A stretch of 64,000 nt of DNA, from NCBI GenBank assembly GCA_963726745.1, contig CAVSDR010000003.1:64001-128000 (forward strand). Reading direction: 5' to 3'. The notes below the pieces were generated by a model. It ran no database searches. It was not told the origin of the DNA and was given only the letters and a program-made list of their open reading frames with translations. Below, in pieces: positions 40,441 to 50,344 of the stretch. The DNA comes from an uncultured Verrucomicrobiae bacterium. GTDB lineage: Bacteria; Verrucomicrobiota; Verrucomicrobiia; Chthoniobacterales; UBA10450. A program made the translations under genes and the position numbers. Every line of letters starts with the position of its first letter. Position 1 is the first letter of the stretch.

Positions 40441-42240
40441 GTGCAGATGACGATTGCCCCCAAGCGCGCGGCCCAGCTCGTCTCGGCGACTCTGCTTGTC
40501 GCCGGCGTCGTCGTGCTCCAGACGCTGATCGGTGGGCGCGGTCTCTTGTTTTCGCTACCGGGCTTTGTCCTGATCGGTTTGGCCGCATTGGTCGCGGTAG
40601 TGGCAGCCAACCGTTCCCGGATTCTTTCGAATCCGGCGGCACTGAGCGTGTCGGCTATTTTCTTCGGCTACATCCTGGCGCGGGCGCTGGCTTCGCCGGC
40701 CTACTTCGCGCGGCCGGACTTGTTTTCCGTTGTCGCCGCGCTGGTGGTTTACGGTTTGGTCGCGACGGTTCTGACATCCTCCTCGGTGCGCGCGCTTATT
40801 TTCGCGGCGCTGATTCTTTTTGCCGTCGCGCATGTGCTCGTCGGCATCATGCAATTCACCCGCGCGGATAACTTCATGCCCATTCCCTTTCTTCAGCGGG
40901 TGGATTATGGCCAGCGCGCGAGCGGTCTCTACATCTGCCCAAATCACCTCGCAGGGTTGTTGGAAGTCCTCGGGATCTTCGGCCTTAGCCTCACCTGTTG
41001 GAGCCGATGGCGCGTCTGGCAAAAGCTGGTCGTCGCCTACGCCACTGGTGCCTGCTACGTGGGTCTGGCACTCACTGGCAGCCGCGGAGGTTATTTGAGC
41101 GCGGTTACCAGCCTGGTCGTTTTTGGGATCCTTAGCCTGGTTGTTATTCGCGCGGCCAGGCCGGGTGACTGGAAACGCTTTGCCGTCATTGGATTGCTCG
41201 CGCTCACTCTGCTGGTCACAGCGGCAGGTCTCCTGATCGGACGGAATTGGTTCCTAGGCGAACGCGCGGGGAGACTCACCACCCCAGACCAGGTGCGACC
41301 CGACCTTTGGCATGCCGCTGTGCAACAGTGGAAGCTGGCCCCGGTATTCGGCACCGGAAGCGGCACATACCGGTTCTACGGTCGGGAGTTTCGCACGGAA
41401 AGGATGCAGAACGACCCGATCGACGTGCACAACGATTACCTTCATCTCCTGTGCGAGTATGGCCTTATCGGGGGCGCCGGCTTCTTGCTCTTTTTCGCTC
41501 TCCATACGCGGCACGCTTGGCGAAGCTTGCGCTGGATGGCGGAGCGCAGCCCGCCTGCCTTTGGAGCGATGTCGAGCAACCGTCTCGGTCTGCTGCTTGG
41601 AGCGCTCGCCGCCACCGCCGCGTATGTGGTCCACTCCGCGGTCGATTTTAACCTTCACATTCCCGCCAACGCGATCCTCATGGCCTTGGTTTTCGGCATT
41701 CTCGCGAACCCCGGGATCGCTGCCGAGAAAAGCGAGCCGCGGGCGTTTTCTCTGATGGTCCCCAGGTGGGCCATCGGCGTGTTGGCTGTGGCCCTCATCG
41801 CTCAGAGCCTTCGCTTTTACCGGGGCGAATACTACACGGAGACGGCGCGGGCGGCATTACGAGATGAGAATCCGCAGGAGGCTTTCCAGCTCACAGAAAA
41901 AGCGCGGATCTATGAGCAGCGGAATCCGGAACTTTTCTTCTATCAAGGCCGCGCTGCGCTGGCCCTCGCGCACGCGGCCAAAAGCGAGAGTGAAAAGAAA
42001 GAACGCTACCAGCAGGCGGTCGCAGCTTTCCAAATGGCGCGACACCTTGCTCCACTGGATGGAACTTATGCTCTCAACTTGGCTTACACGTTCGACGAGA
42101 TGGGCTTGTTCCCGCAGGCGGAACAAATGTTCACTGAAGCTCGGGAGAGAGACCCGCGCTCGATGGCGGTCGCGGAACTCTACCGCGCCCACCAACGCCA
42201 GCAGGCTGCCAGCGAATCGGATGCCGGCTCGGCCTTGTGA
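40441..42240 (+). CDS. O-antigen ligase/O-oligosaccharyltransferase (Wzy_C) membrane protein with C-terminal TPR, copy 1
   Basis: About 12 TM; PNHLAGLLE, TGSRGG, P.FGTGSGTY, HNDYLHLL.EYG, HSAVDFNLHIPAN; TPR tail. Confidence 0.88.
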   Translation: MQMTIAPKRAAQLVSATLLVAGVVVLQTLIGGRGLLFSLPGFVLIGLAALVAVVAANRSRILSNPAALSVSAIFFGYILARALASPAYFARPDLFSVVAALVVYGLVATVLTSSSVRALIFAALILFAVAHVLVGIMQFTRADNFMPIPFLQRVDYGQRASGLYICPNHLAGLLEVLGIFGLSLTCWSRWRVWQKLVVAYATGACYVGLALTGSRGGYLSAVTSLVVFGILSLVVIRAARPGDWKRFAVIGLLALTLLVTAAGLLIGRNWFLGERAGRLTTPDQVRPDLWHAAVQQWKLAPVFGTGSGTYRFYGREFRTERMQNDPIDVHNDYLHLLCEYGLIGGAGFLLFFALHTRHAWRSLRWMAERSPPAFGAMSSNRLGLLLGALAATAAYVVHSAVDFNLHIPANAILMALVFGILANPGIAAEKSEPRAFSLMVPRWAIGVLAVALIAQSLRFYRGEYYTETARAALRDENPQEAFQLTEKARIYEQRNPELFFYQGRAALALAHAAKSESEKKERYQQAVAAFQMARHLAPLDGTYALNLAYTFDEMGLFPQAEQMFTEARERDPRSMAVAELYRAHQRQQAASESDAGSAL

Positions 42241-42470
42241 GTTTCTGATAACGCCGCAATCTCTGTTAAGAATATCCTCGCTGCCAGAACGAGCATCTCG
42301 TCGGAAACCTTTACAATAATCGCGCTGGCGCAAGCTTTCCGGAAAGTATTTCTTTATGCTAAACATTTAGCTTCGAGGCACTTACGCTTATCATAGCTTT
42401 TATGGCATCTTGCGTGCTATCACTTCCAAACTGTTCATATAACCTCAGCTCCACCCTCACCCCACTTCGC

Positions 42471-43133
42471 ATGAATTCGTTGTCCAAATTCCGCCATTCC
42501 CTTCTCGCCGTTGTCCTCGCTACCGCTTCCAGCACGACCTTGTTCGCCCAAAATTTGGTGCAAGATCCCGGCTTCGAAGCAAGTGCAGATGGCACCGGGG
42601 CCCATCCATTCTCCGCTTCTTGGACGGTGAATGACCCCAGCGCCTTTTCTAACGTAGGGGGCGATAGTGCCTTTGCTCACAGTGGGAACAACTACGCGAA
42701 TTTGGGCTACGATCCGAGCAAAGCCGGCCCGATGCCCCCAGCATTCGCTAGCCTTTCCCAGACCTTGGCGACCACGATTGGGACCACCTACACTCTTTCC
42801 TTCTGGCTGGCTAACAACACCAGCTTGCCGACGAATTTCTTCCAAGCGTTCTTCAACGGGGTAATGGTTTCCTCGACCATCACCAGCCCTCCATTCCCTT
42901 CGAACGGGACCTACCAGCAGATCGTCCTGACCGGGCTGGTGGCGACTTCGACCTCAACCTCGCTCCAGTTCCGCTATCGCAACGACGATGATTTTTGGAA
43001 CCTCGACGATGTCAGCGTAACCGGTCCGGCCGCTGCTCCGGAAGGTGGGGCAACTCTCTGGATCCTCCTGCCGGTCTTCGGGGGAGTCTGCCTGCTGCAT
43101 CGCCGCCTACGTGTGGCCCGCCAGGTGGGATAG
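42471..43133 (+). CDS. PEP-CTERM/VPDSG-like sorted surface protein with CBM4/DUF642-like domain
   Basis: Signal peptide, QNLVQDPGFE, LSQTLAT..G.TYTLSFWL, LDDVSV; tail APEGGATL + TM + HRRLR. Confidence 0.78.
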   Translation: MNSLSKFRHSLLAVVLATASSTTLFAQNLVQDPGFEASADGTGAHPFSASWTVNDPSAFSNVGGDSAFAHSGNNYANLGYDPSKAGPMPPAFASLSQTLATTIGTTYTLSFWLANNTSLPTNFFQAFFNGVMVSSTITSPPFPSNGTYQQIVLTGLVATSTSTSLQFRYRNDDDFWNLDDVSVTGPAAAPEGGATLWILLPVFGGVCLLHRRLRVARQVG

Positions 43134-43375
43134 GCTACTCTTAAAAGAGCTTGCGGTTTTACGCGGGCGCGAAGGCGGGAATCTCCGGAATCCCGAATTC
43201 GCGCCCGCCAGTTTTTCGGTCGAGGCTAGCCGCTTTAGGTGCTGAGGGTGCATTATTAGGTCGTAAAAGGGCTCATCTCCATGGCGCAAAATCTGCAATC
43301 GAAGTCAGGTAGACCAACTCGATTGACACTTTTACGCATTGTGCGAACATTCGCGCCGGTCCACCCCCACAGTCT

Positions 43376-44212
43376 ATGCATCGCTCACCCTTTCTCTGCG
43401 CCCTCCTCTGTTGCGCCTTAGGCGCCATGATCGCACTTGCCGCGCCAGTTCACGCGGATCCTCTTTTCGACAACGGCACTCCCGATCATGCAGATGGATT
43501 CGAGATGACGGTGTGGATCCAAGCGGACGATTTTACCCTGAATGAGGGCGGTCGGCTGAGTGGAGTGAAATTCTGGACCGGAGAACTCGTCGGCTATTTC
43601 CAGGGCACAGTCACGTGGCAGATCTACGCGAACAGCCCCCAAAACAAGCCTGGTACCTTGCTTTACAGCGGCTCCTCTCCGACCTCGCATGCGGCCACCG
43701 GGCTCACGGTCTACGGACCTTTCAAGGAATATGTATCCGACTTCGAGGTTCCTTCCATCGATCTTCCAGCTGGCACGTATTGGCTGGGCTTGCACAATGG
43801 CCCCTTGAGCAATGTCGGATCGCAAAACGTCTTTTGGGTTAGCACCCTGGGCGGTCGCGGTAATCCCGGACAGGAACAGCCCCTAGTCCCGCCATTACAA
43901 TACTGGGACAGCCACCTGTGTCCGAATTGCACCCGCCAACTCCCACCCGATCTGGCTTTCCAACTCAGCGGTGTTAGCGCTCCTCGAATCGTCTCCATGG
44001 CTGTCACCAACCGAATCCCTCGTCTTGGCTTCACGACCTCGGCTGGGCAGAGCTACCGTGTCGAATTCAAAAGCAATTTGAGTGATCCCAGCTGGACAAC
44101 TCTCTCGGGTTCGGAATCTGTTGCTGGCACTGGCGGTGTGCTCGAAATCACGGATCCCGGAGCAACCGCCGGTCCCGGAGCGAAGCGCTTTTACCGTGTG
44201 GTGCTTCTTTGA
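43376..44212 (+). CDS. Secreted protein with Verrucomicrobia-type C-terminal domain
   Basis: Signal peptide; QADDFTL, LPAGTYWLGL; C-terminus GQSYRVEFKSNL..W...GTGG...ITDP...RFYRV. Confidence 0.75.
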   Translation: MHRSPFLCALLCCALGAMIALAAPVHADPLFDNGTPDHADGFEMTVWIQADDFTLNEGGRLSGVKFWTGELVGYFQGTVTWQIYANSPQNKPGTLLYSGSSPTSHAATGLTVYGPFKEYVSDFEVPSIDLPAGTYWLGLHNGPLSNVGSQNVFWVSTLGGRGNPGQEQPLVPPLQYWDSHLCPNCTRQLPPDLAFQLSGVSAPRIVSMAVTNRIPRLGFTTSAGQSYRVEFKSNLSDPSWTTLSGSESVAGTGGVLEITDPGATAGPGAKRFYRVVLL

Positions 44213-44339
44213 ACGCGAATTTCGCCGCGCGCATTCCTCTCTCTGCAACGCTTTTACGGTTTTTCTGAATTAAACTGCAACTTTACCTTGTCTCTCAGCT
44301 CATTTTTGGCTTAAAAAGGCTCCTGCAATCACACTCCCC

Positions 44340-44603
44340 ATGAAGACCCTCTTCCGCTTCCTCCCTTCTGCGTCTCGTTCGGCTTCCACGTCCGCCATTT
44401 TGCTCGCCGCCACTGTCCTCGGCACGGGCTTCTGGGTGGCTACTAGCAGCACCGCACTGGCAGCCGATTGCGTTCTCTGTCACAAACGCACGACCCAGAT
44501 CACCGTCGTTTGCAGCAGTTTGGATTACCGCCGCCACGTGGATCACGGGGATACCACCGGTATGTGTCCGGCCAGCCGTTCCGAGACCGAAAGCCGCTTC
44601 TAG
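44340..44603 (+). CDS. Small secreted Cys4/His3 peptide, copy 2
   Basis: Signal peptide ending ALA then DCVLCHKRTTQITVVCSSLDYRRHVDHGDTTGMC. Confidence 0.85.
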   Translation: MKTLFRFLPSASRSASTSAILLAATVLGTGFWVATSSTALAADCVLCHKRTTQITVVCSSLDYRRHVDHGDTTGMCPASRSETESRF

Positions 44604-44679
44604 CACTCGTTTTCGAGGTCCCGGGCAAACTTTTGCGCCCGACCGATCGCTCCTCTGAGAATCTCTGATACGTCAGCGG

Positions 44680-46470
44680 GTGGCTGAGCGAAGGTCTTAC
44701 TGGTCTCTGGGGGCCGGACTCTCCGTCTTTCTAACGGCGGTTGCGCTTGCTTCGATGCAGGTGCTCCTGTCAGAGCGAAGCCTGTTTCCCGTTCTTCCGG
44801 GCTACGCTTTGCTCGCCCTCGGCGGCGGCTTTGCCTTCGCGTTTCGCCGTGACCTCTCCACCGGCGATGCTGCATGCCTGGGCACCACCCTCCTTTTTGG
44901 CGGCTACATCATCGCTCGGGCGCTAACTTCCCCGGATGGCTACGCCGCGCGGATCGATCTCTACCTGGCGGTCGCAGCGATCTCGTTTTACGGACTGATA
45001 ACCTCCGTTCTTCGCTCACCCGCCAGCCGGATGGGGTTGATCGGCCTCCTTCTCGGCTTCGCCTCCGTCCACGTGCTTGTGGGCGTGGTCCAGGCAGGCT
45101 TGGGGAAAAATTACGCGATGCTTTTCTCCTGGCTGGAGCACGTGGCACCGGACGAGCGCGCAACCGGCTTCTTTGTCAATCCTGACCATCTCGCCGGATT
45201 GCTGGAGGTGCTGGGAATTTTCGGGCTATGCCTTGCCTGCTGGAGCCGACGCGCAGGTTGGCTGCGGGTTCTCATCGCATATCTCGCAGGGCTTTGTTAC
45301 GTGGGGCTTTCCCTAACCGGGAGCCGCGGAGGCTACTTAAGCGCGGCCATTGGCTTGATCTTGCTGGCTAGTTTTAGCTTGGTCGTCTTGTGGCGGGCCG
45401 GAGCTGGGACGGCGCTGCGCCTCGCCGGCGGGATGCTTCTTTTAATCAGCATCCTGGGCGCCGGCGGGTGGTTCTTCGTCCGGGCACACGTCCCGTTGCG
45501 CGAGGTCAGCATCGAGGTCTTCACGACGGATGAAGGACGATTGGGGCTTTGGCAAGCGGCCCTGGACCAATGGAAGCTGCAGCCGCTGGTCGGCACTGGC
45601 AGCGGCACCTACCGCTTCTACGGCCGCGAATTCCGGGCGCCGAAAATGCAGATGGATCCCGGCGATGCCCACAATGACTACCTGCAACTCCTCGCCGAAT
45701 ACGGCCTCGTCGGCGCGGCCATCTTTCTTCTTTTTCTCGCGAGCCATCTTCGCGCCGGCTGGCGCAGTTTCCGGATGCTCGGCCCGCAACGCATCGCCAG
45801 CGGCGGGCACCTCTTGAGCGATCGCCTCGCGCTCAACCTCGGCGCGCTCTGCGCGCTCGCGACCTGCGCCGCCCACTCCGTGGTCGACTACAACATGCAT
45901 CTCCCGGCGAATGCCCTCCTCTTGGTCTTCGCCACCGCGCTCCTCGCTGATTCCGGCCTGAACCTCCCCGCGGCCGCAAGGGCCCCGCGTTTTCGTCTTG
46001 CCTTCACTCTTATCGCCGCCCTTGGCGCCGTGGTTTTGTTCGTGCAATCAGCCCGCCTCTATCCGGGCGAACACTTCACGGAAAAGGCGCGCCTTGCCCT
46101 CCGCGACGAAAACCCTGCCGGCGCCATCGAGCAGGCCGAGGAGGCGTTGCGGTATGAGCAGAAAAATCCCCGGACGTACTTCATCCTCGGACGCGCCTTG
46201 TCTGCGCTCGGCAATCAGCCAGAGCAGGCAGCGAATCGGTCGGCCCTCTATGCCAAGGCGCTGTCTGCTTTCGCCCGGGCCGAAGCGCTCGCTCCGCTCG
46301 ATGGCAGCTACCCCTTGGAGATTGCCTTTCTACACGATGAATCGGGCGACTTCGCCGCAGCTGAGCCGTTCTATCAACGGGCCCTGGCCCGCGACCCGCA
46401 CTCGATCTCGATGCGAAATCTATACCAGTCCCACCTCGAGCGCTGGCACGGCGAACCTTCCCCTCGTTAG
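44680..46470 (+). CDS. O-antigen ligase/O-oligosaccharyltransferase (Wzy_C) + TPR, copy 2
   Basis: [63 protein letters not shown]; colinear with copy 1. Confidence 0.88.
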   Translation: MAERRSYWSLGAGLSVFLTAVALASMQVLLSERSLFPVLPGYALLALGGGFAFAFRRDLSTGDAACLGTTLLFGGYIIARALTSPDGYAARIDLYLAVAAISFYGLITSVLRSPASRMGLIGLLLGFASVHVLVGVVQAGLGKNYAMLFSWLEHVAPDERATGFFVNPDHLAGLLEVLGIFGLCLACWSRRAGWLRVLIAYLAGLCYVGLSLTGSRGGYLSAAIGLILLASFSLVVLWRAGAGTALRLAGGMLLLISILGAGGWFFVRAHVPLREVSIEVFTTDEGRLGLWQAALDQWKLQPLVGTGSGTYRFYGREFRAPKMQMDPGDAHNDYLQLLAEYGLVGAAIFLLFLASHLRAGWRSFRMLGPQRIASGGHLLSDRLALNLGALCALATCAAHSVVDYNMHLPANALLLVFATALLADSGLNLPAAARAPRFRLAFTLIAALGAVVLFVQSARLYPGEHFTEKARLALRDENPAGAIEQAEEALRYEQKNPRTYFILGRALSALGNQPEQAANRSALYAKALSAFARAEALAPLDGSYPLEIAFLHDESGDFAAAEPFYQRALARDPHSISMRNLYQSHLERWHGEPSPR

Positions 46471-48002
46471 ACCCAGAGCGCGCGGTCAAACGTCCGATAC
46501 TGGATCGCCTCGCTCACGTGCTCAGACGTGATCGCCTCGCAGCCGGCGAGATCAGCCACCGTCCGCGAGACCTTCAGGATCCGGTCGTAGGCGCGTGCGC
46601 TCAGGTTGAGCTCGGTCATGGCGATGCGGATCAACTCCTGCGCGTCGTCGCCTAACGAGCAGTGCTGTTTAATCTGTCGCGGGCCCATGCGCGCGTTGCA
46701 ATTAATCTTCGTCCCGCCGGCGAAGCGCCCGCGTTGCCGCTCCCGCGCCCCTTCCACGCGCCCGCGGATTGCCGCCGAGGACTCTTCCACGCGCGTGCTC
46801 GCGATGTCGCGATACTCCACCGCAGGCACCTCGATGTGCAGGTCAATGCGGTCGAGCAAGGGTCCTGAGATGCGCTGCCGGTAACGTTGCACCTGTAGCG
46901 GCCCACAGCGGCATTCGCGCTTCAGGTCGCCGAAGAAACCGCAGGGGCACGGATTCATCGCCGCCACGAGCATGAACTCCGAGGGAAAGGTCACGCTTCC
47001 GGAAGCGCGCGAGACCGTCACCTTGCCATCCTCCAGCGGCTGCCGCATCACCTCGAGCGTCGAACGTTTGAACTCCGGCAGCTCATCGAGGAAAAGCACG
47101 CCGTGATGCGCCAGGCTCACCTCCCCTGGCGTGGGAATGGCCGAGCCGCCGAGCAGGCCGACATCCGAGATCGTGTGATGCGGCGAACGAAATGGCCGCA
47201 CGCTCACGAAGGCCTGTTCCGCCGTGAGCATGCCGCTAATGCTGTGAATCTTGGTGCTCTCGATCGCCTCCTCCAGCGAGAGCGGCGGGATGATCGTGGG
47301 AATGCGCTTCGAAAGCATCGATTTCCCCGAGCCCGGCGGCCCGATCATGAGCAGGTTGTGCCCCCCGGCCACCGCCACCTCGATCGCGCGTTTCACGTGC
47401 GCCTGGCCCTTCACGTCGGCGAAGTCGACTTCGTAGTCCTGATGTCGCGCGAAAAACTCCGAGAGATCGCCCCGCGTCGGCTCGAGCTGGCATTCGCCGC
47501 GGAGAAAACTGAAGGCCTCGCGCAGATTGCGCACGCCGTAGATGTCGATCCCTTTCACCATCGCGGCTTCGCGCGCGTTCCCTTGCGGGACAAAGAGCGC
47601 GCGTTTCCCGCTTCGGCGCGCCTCCAGCGCCACCGGCAAGACACCTTTTACCGGGCGCACCGCGCCGCTCAGCGCCAGCTCGCCGACAAAACTGTAGCTG
47701 GCCAGGGATTCATCAGTCCATTCTTCGGCAGCCGCGATCATCCCGAGCGCGATCGGCAGGTCAAAGCTCGGGCCCTCCTTCTTCGTGTCGGCCGGCGCGA
47801 GGTTGATCGTCGTCCGCCCGCGCGGCCAATGGTAGCCGCTGTTGGCGATTGCGGTGGTCACGCGATCGCGGCTCTCTTTCACCGCTGCATCCGGCAGGCC
47901 CACGATGATGATGTGCGATTCGCCGTGCCCGGCGTTGACCTCGATCTCGATCTCATAGGCATCCACTCCATAGACCGCGGCGGAGTAGATCTTGGCCAGC
48001 AT
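46467..48002 (-). CDS. comM: ComM/YifB Mg-chelatase-like AAA+ helicase
   Basis: [80 protein letters not shown]. Confidence 0.95.
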   Translation of the reverse strand: MLAKIYSAAVYGVDAYEIEIEVNAGHGESHIIIVGLPDAAVKESRDRVTTAIANSGYHWPRGRTTINLAPADTKKEGPSFDLPIALGMIAAAEEWTDESLASYSFVGELALSGAVRPVKGVLPVALEARRSGKRALFVPQGNAREAAMVKGIDIYGVRNLREAFSFLRGECQLEPTRGDLSEFFARHQDYEVDFADVKGQAHVKRAIEVAVAGGHNLLMIGPPGSGKSMLSKRIPTIIPPLSLEEAIESTKIHSISGMLTAEQAFVSVRPFRSPHHTISDVGLLGGSAIPTPGEVSLAHHGVLFLDELPEFKRSTLEVMRQPLEDGKVTVSRASGSVTFPSEFMLVAAMNPCPCGFFGDLKRECRCGPLQVQRYRQRISGPLLDRIDLHIEVPAVEYRDIASTRVEESSAAIRGRVEGARERQRGRFAGGTKINCNARMGPRQIKQHCSLGDDAQELIRIAMTELNLSARAYDRILKVSRTVADLAGCEAITSEHVSEAIQYRTFDRALWV

Positions 48003-48049
48003 CGCGCGGCCCAAGCTGGCAGAGAAGGCCGCGCAGGAAAATGGAAAAC

Positions 48050-50344
48050 TCAGCCGCGAGGCGTCCGGCCCGCGAGGTTGGCCACCGCCGTGATGAGCTC
48101 CGAGCTCTCGACCGGCTTCGCCAGGTGCAACTGAAAGCCGCATCCGAGCGCGCGTTTCCGATCCTCCACCCGCGCAAAGGCCGTGAGCGCGATCGCCGGG
48201 ATTGCCCCGCCCTCCTCCGCGCTCAACGCTCGCACGCGCTGCAGGAGGGAATAGCCATCCTCACCCGGCATGCCGACATCAGAGACGAGCACGTCCGGCT
48301 TCATGGTCTGGAGCGCCTGCAAGGCCTCGCGCGCTGAGCTCGCAAGTTCCACCACGGCCCCGCATTCGCTCAGGACCCGGCGGAGTAACTCCCGCGCGTC
48401 CACGTCGTCATCCACCGCGAGGATCTTCACCCCGCGCAGATCTTGCCGTCTAAATCCCGCCCCTTCTTCGAGCACTCCGCCCCTCGGCCGCGCCCGTTCC
48501 TCCGGCTCGAGCTGCACCGCGCTCAGAGGAAATCTGACCGTAAAGGTCGCGCCGCGGTTCCGTCCGCCGCTTTCCGCCGTCACACCGCCGCCGTGCAATT
48601 CCACCAAATTCTTCACGATCGCGAGCCCCAGCCCCAGGCCCCCATGCTGCCGCGTGGTCGACGCGTCGGCCTGCCGGAAGCGATCGAAAACATTCGGCAA
48701 AAACTCCGGCGTAATCCCCTCGCCGCTGTCGCGCACGCGGATCGCCACCTTGCTTTCCACCTGCTCCAGGAGCACTTCCACCGTTCCGCCCTTGGGCGTA
48801 AATTTGATCGCGTTCGTGAGCAAATTCCAAAGCACCTGCTGGATCCGCGCCGGATCTCCGCGAATCGCGCCAGCTTCCGGGTCGAGCGTGGTGCTGAGTG
48901 CGACTTGCCGCGCCGTGGCCATCGGGTTGACCGATTCAACCGCGGAACGAATCAGCTGCAAGAGATCGACCTGCTGCACCTCCAGCCGCACCTTGCCGGA
49001 AATGATCCGGCTCATGTCGAGCAGGTCCTCGATGATCTGCGCCTGCGCGCGTGCGTTTCGCTCGATCACCGACACGCCCTCGGCCACGTCCTCCGGCCGA
49101 TCGGTCGCGCCCAGGAGATTGGCCCAACCGAGGATCGCGTTTAACGGCGTGCGCAGCTCGTGTGAAAGCGTCGCCAAAAACTCATCCTTCATCCGCGTCT
49201 CGCGCTCGGCCCGCGCGCGCGCTTCCTTCTCGCTCACGAGTAATTTCTCCCGCTCCGCTTCCGCGCGTTTCCGCTGCTCGATCTCGCGCTGCGCGGCTTC
49301 GTAAAGACGCGCATTATCGATCGCGATCGCCGCCTGCGCGGCCACCCCCACGATGATTCGTTCCGCCCGCTCGGTGAAAACGCCTATTTCCGGGTGGCCG
49401 AAAAAAAGCCCACCGATCACTTCGCCGGAGCTCGAAATCACCGGCATCGCGAGGTAACTCCGCACCGGAAGATGCCCCTGTGGCATTCCATGGTGCGGGG
49501 AGAATTGCCCGTAGCGCGCGTCTTGCAGGATGTTATCCGACCGGATCGGCCCTTCGCCCTGGAAGGTCGGGCCGAAGAGCGCGGTCGCGCGTGGGTGACC
49601 AAATTTCTCGAAGGCCTCACGCGGTGCGCCGGACAGAGTGAACAGCGTCAGCGCCTCGCCGTTTTCATCCGTCTTTGTATAGAAAAAAGCGCCAAACTTC
49701 GCCCCGGTGAGTTCGGTTCCCGCGTCGGTTACGATCTGCACGATGTTCCGCAGATCGAGCTGCGCGGCGATCGCGGTGCCGGTCTTGTTCAACAACTCCA
49801 GGATCCGCGCCTCGTCGCGCAGCGTCTCTTCCGCCCGCACCTGCTCGCTGATGTCGCGGTAACTCCAGACGCGGCCGACCACGCGGTCGCCGATCTTTTG
49901 CAGCCGCGAACAGCGTTCATAAACGCGTCCATCCTGGAAGCACACCCGGTCGGTCGTCTCCGGCAGGCATTCTTCGTAAATCATGTTTGTGCGCTCGAGG
50001 AATTCCTCGGGATCCACCAACTGCTGCGCCAAATTAGCCAGCAAATTGACCCGCTCTTTTCCCAGCAAGACCTCTCCCGGCACCCGCCAGACGTCCAGAA
50101 ATTGCTGGTTAAAATCCGTGATCTCGCCGGCGTCGCTCACCACCAGGATGCCATCGGTCGTCGCCTCCAAGGTCGCGCGCAGGACGGAGAGCGAGTGCGC
50201 CAGTTCCTCCGTGCGCAATTCCAGCGCCCGCAAGGCTTGCGCCAGCTCGAGGTCCGCCCGGTGGCGCAGATGGGCGATGCTTTGCGAGGTTTGCATGGCC
50301 GAGGAGCGCAGCAGCTCGCTCTCGTCGTCGGGCGCTTCTTTCAT
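48050..50344 (-). CDS. Cytoplasmic hybrid histidine kinase (PAS-GAF-HisKA-HATPase-REC)
   Basis: No [29 protein letters not shown] domain VDDD..SDVGMP..KP. Confidence 0.93.
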   Translation of the reverse strand: MKEAPDDESELLRSSAMQTSQSIAHLRHRADLELAQALRALELRTEELAHSLSVLRATLEATTDGILVVSDAGEITDFNQQFLDVWRVPGEVLLGKERVNLLANLAQQLVDPEEFLERTNMIYEECLPETTDRVCFQDGRVYERCSRLQKIGDRVVGRVWSYRDISEQVRAEETLRDEARILELLNKTGTAIAAQLDLRNIVQIVTDAGTELTGAKFGAFFYTKTDENGEALTLFTLSGAPREAFEKFGHPRATALFGPTFQGEGPIRSDNILQDARYGQFSPHHGMPQGHLPVRSYLAMPVISSSGEVIGGLFFGHPEIGVFTERAERIIVGVAAQAAIAIDNARLYEAAQREIEQRKRAEAEREKLLVSEKEARARAERETRMKDEFLATLSHELRTPLNAILGWANLLGATDRPEDVAEGVSVIERNARAQAQIIEDLLDMSRIISGKVRLEVQQVDLLQLIRSAVESVNPMATARQVALSTTLDPEAGAIRGDPARIQQVLWNLLTNAIKFTPKGGTVEVLLEQVESKVAIRVRDSGEGITPEFLPNVFDRFRQADASTTRQHGGLGLGLAIVKNLVELHGGGVTAESGGRNRGATFTVRFPLSAVQLEPEERARPRGGVLEEGAGFRRQDLRGVKILAVDDDVDARELLRRVLSECGAVVELASSAREALQALQTMKPDVLVSDVGMPGEDGYSLLQRVRALSAEEGGAIPAIALTAFARVEDRKRALGCGFQLHLAKPVESSELITAVANLAGRTPRG

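Noticed and set aside
43323..43351. Sigma70 promoter (TTGACA at 43323)
   Set aside because: Perfect -35 but no convincing -10 at 16-18 nt spacing.
40146..44603. Small Cys-rich peptides as classical RiPP precursors
   Set aside because: They have Sec-type signal peptides rather than leaders, and no radical SAM, LanM, YcaO or peptidase-transporter genes are adjacent.
39900..46470. Integrative element inserted at comM
   Set aside because: comM is intact, and no integrase, transposase or att direct repeats were seen.
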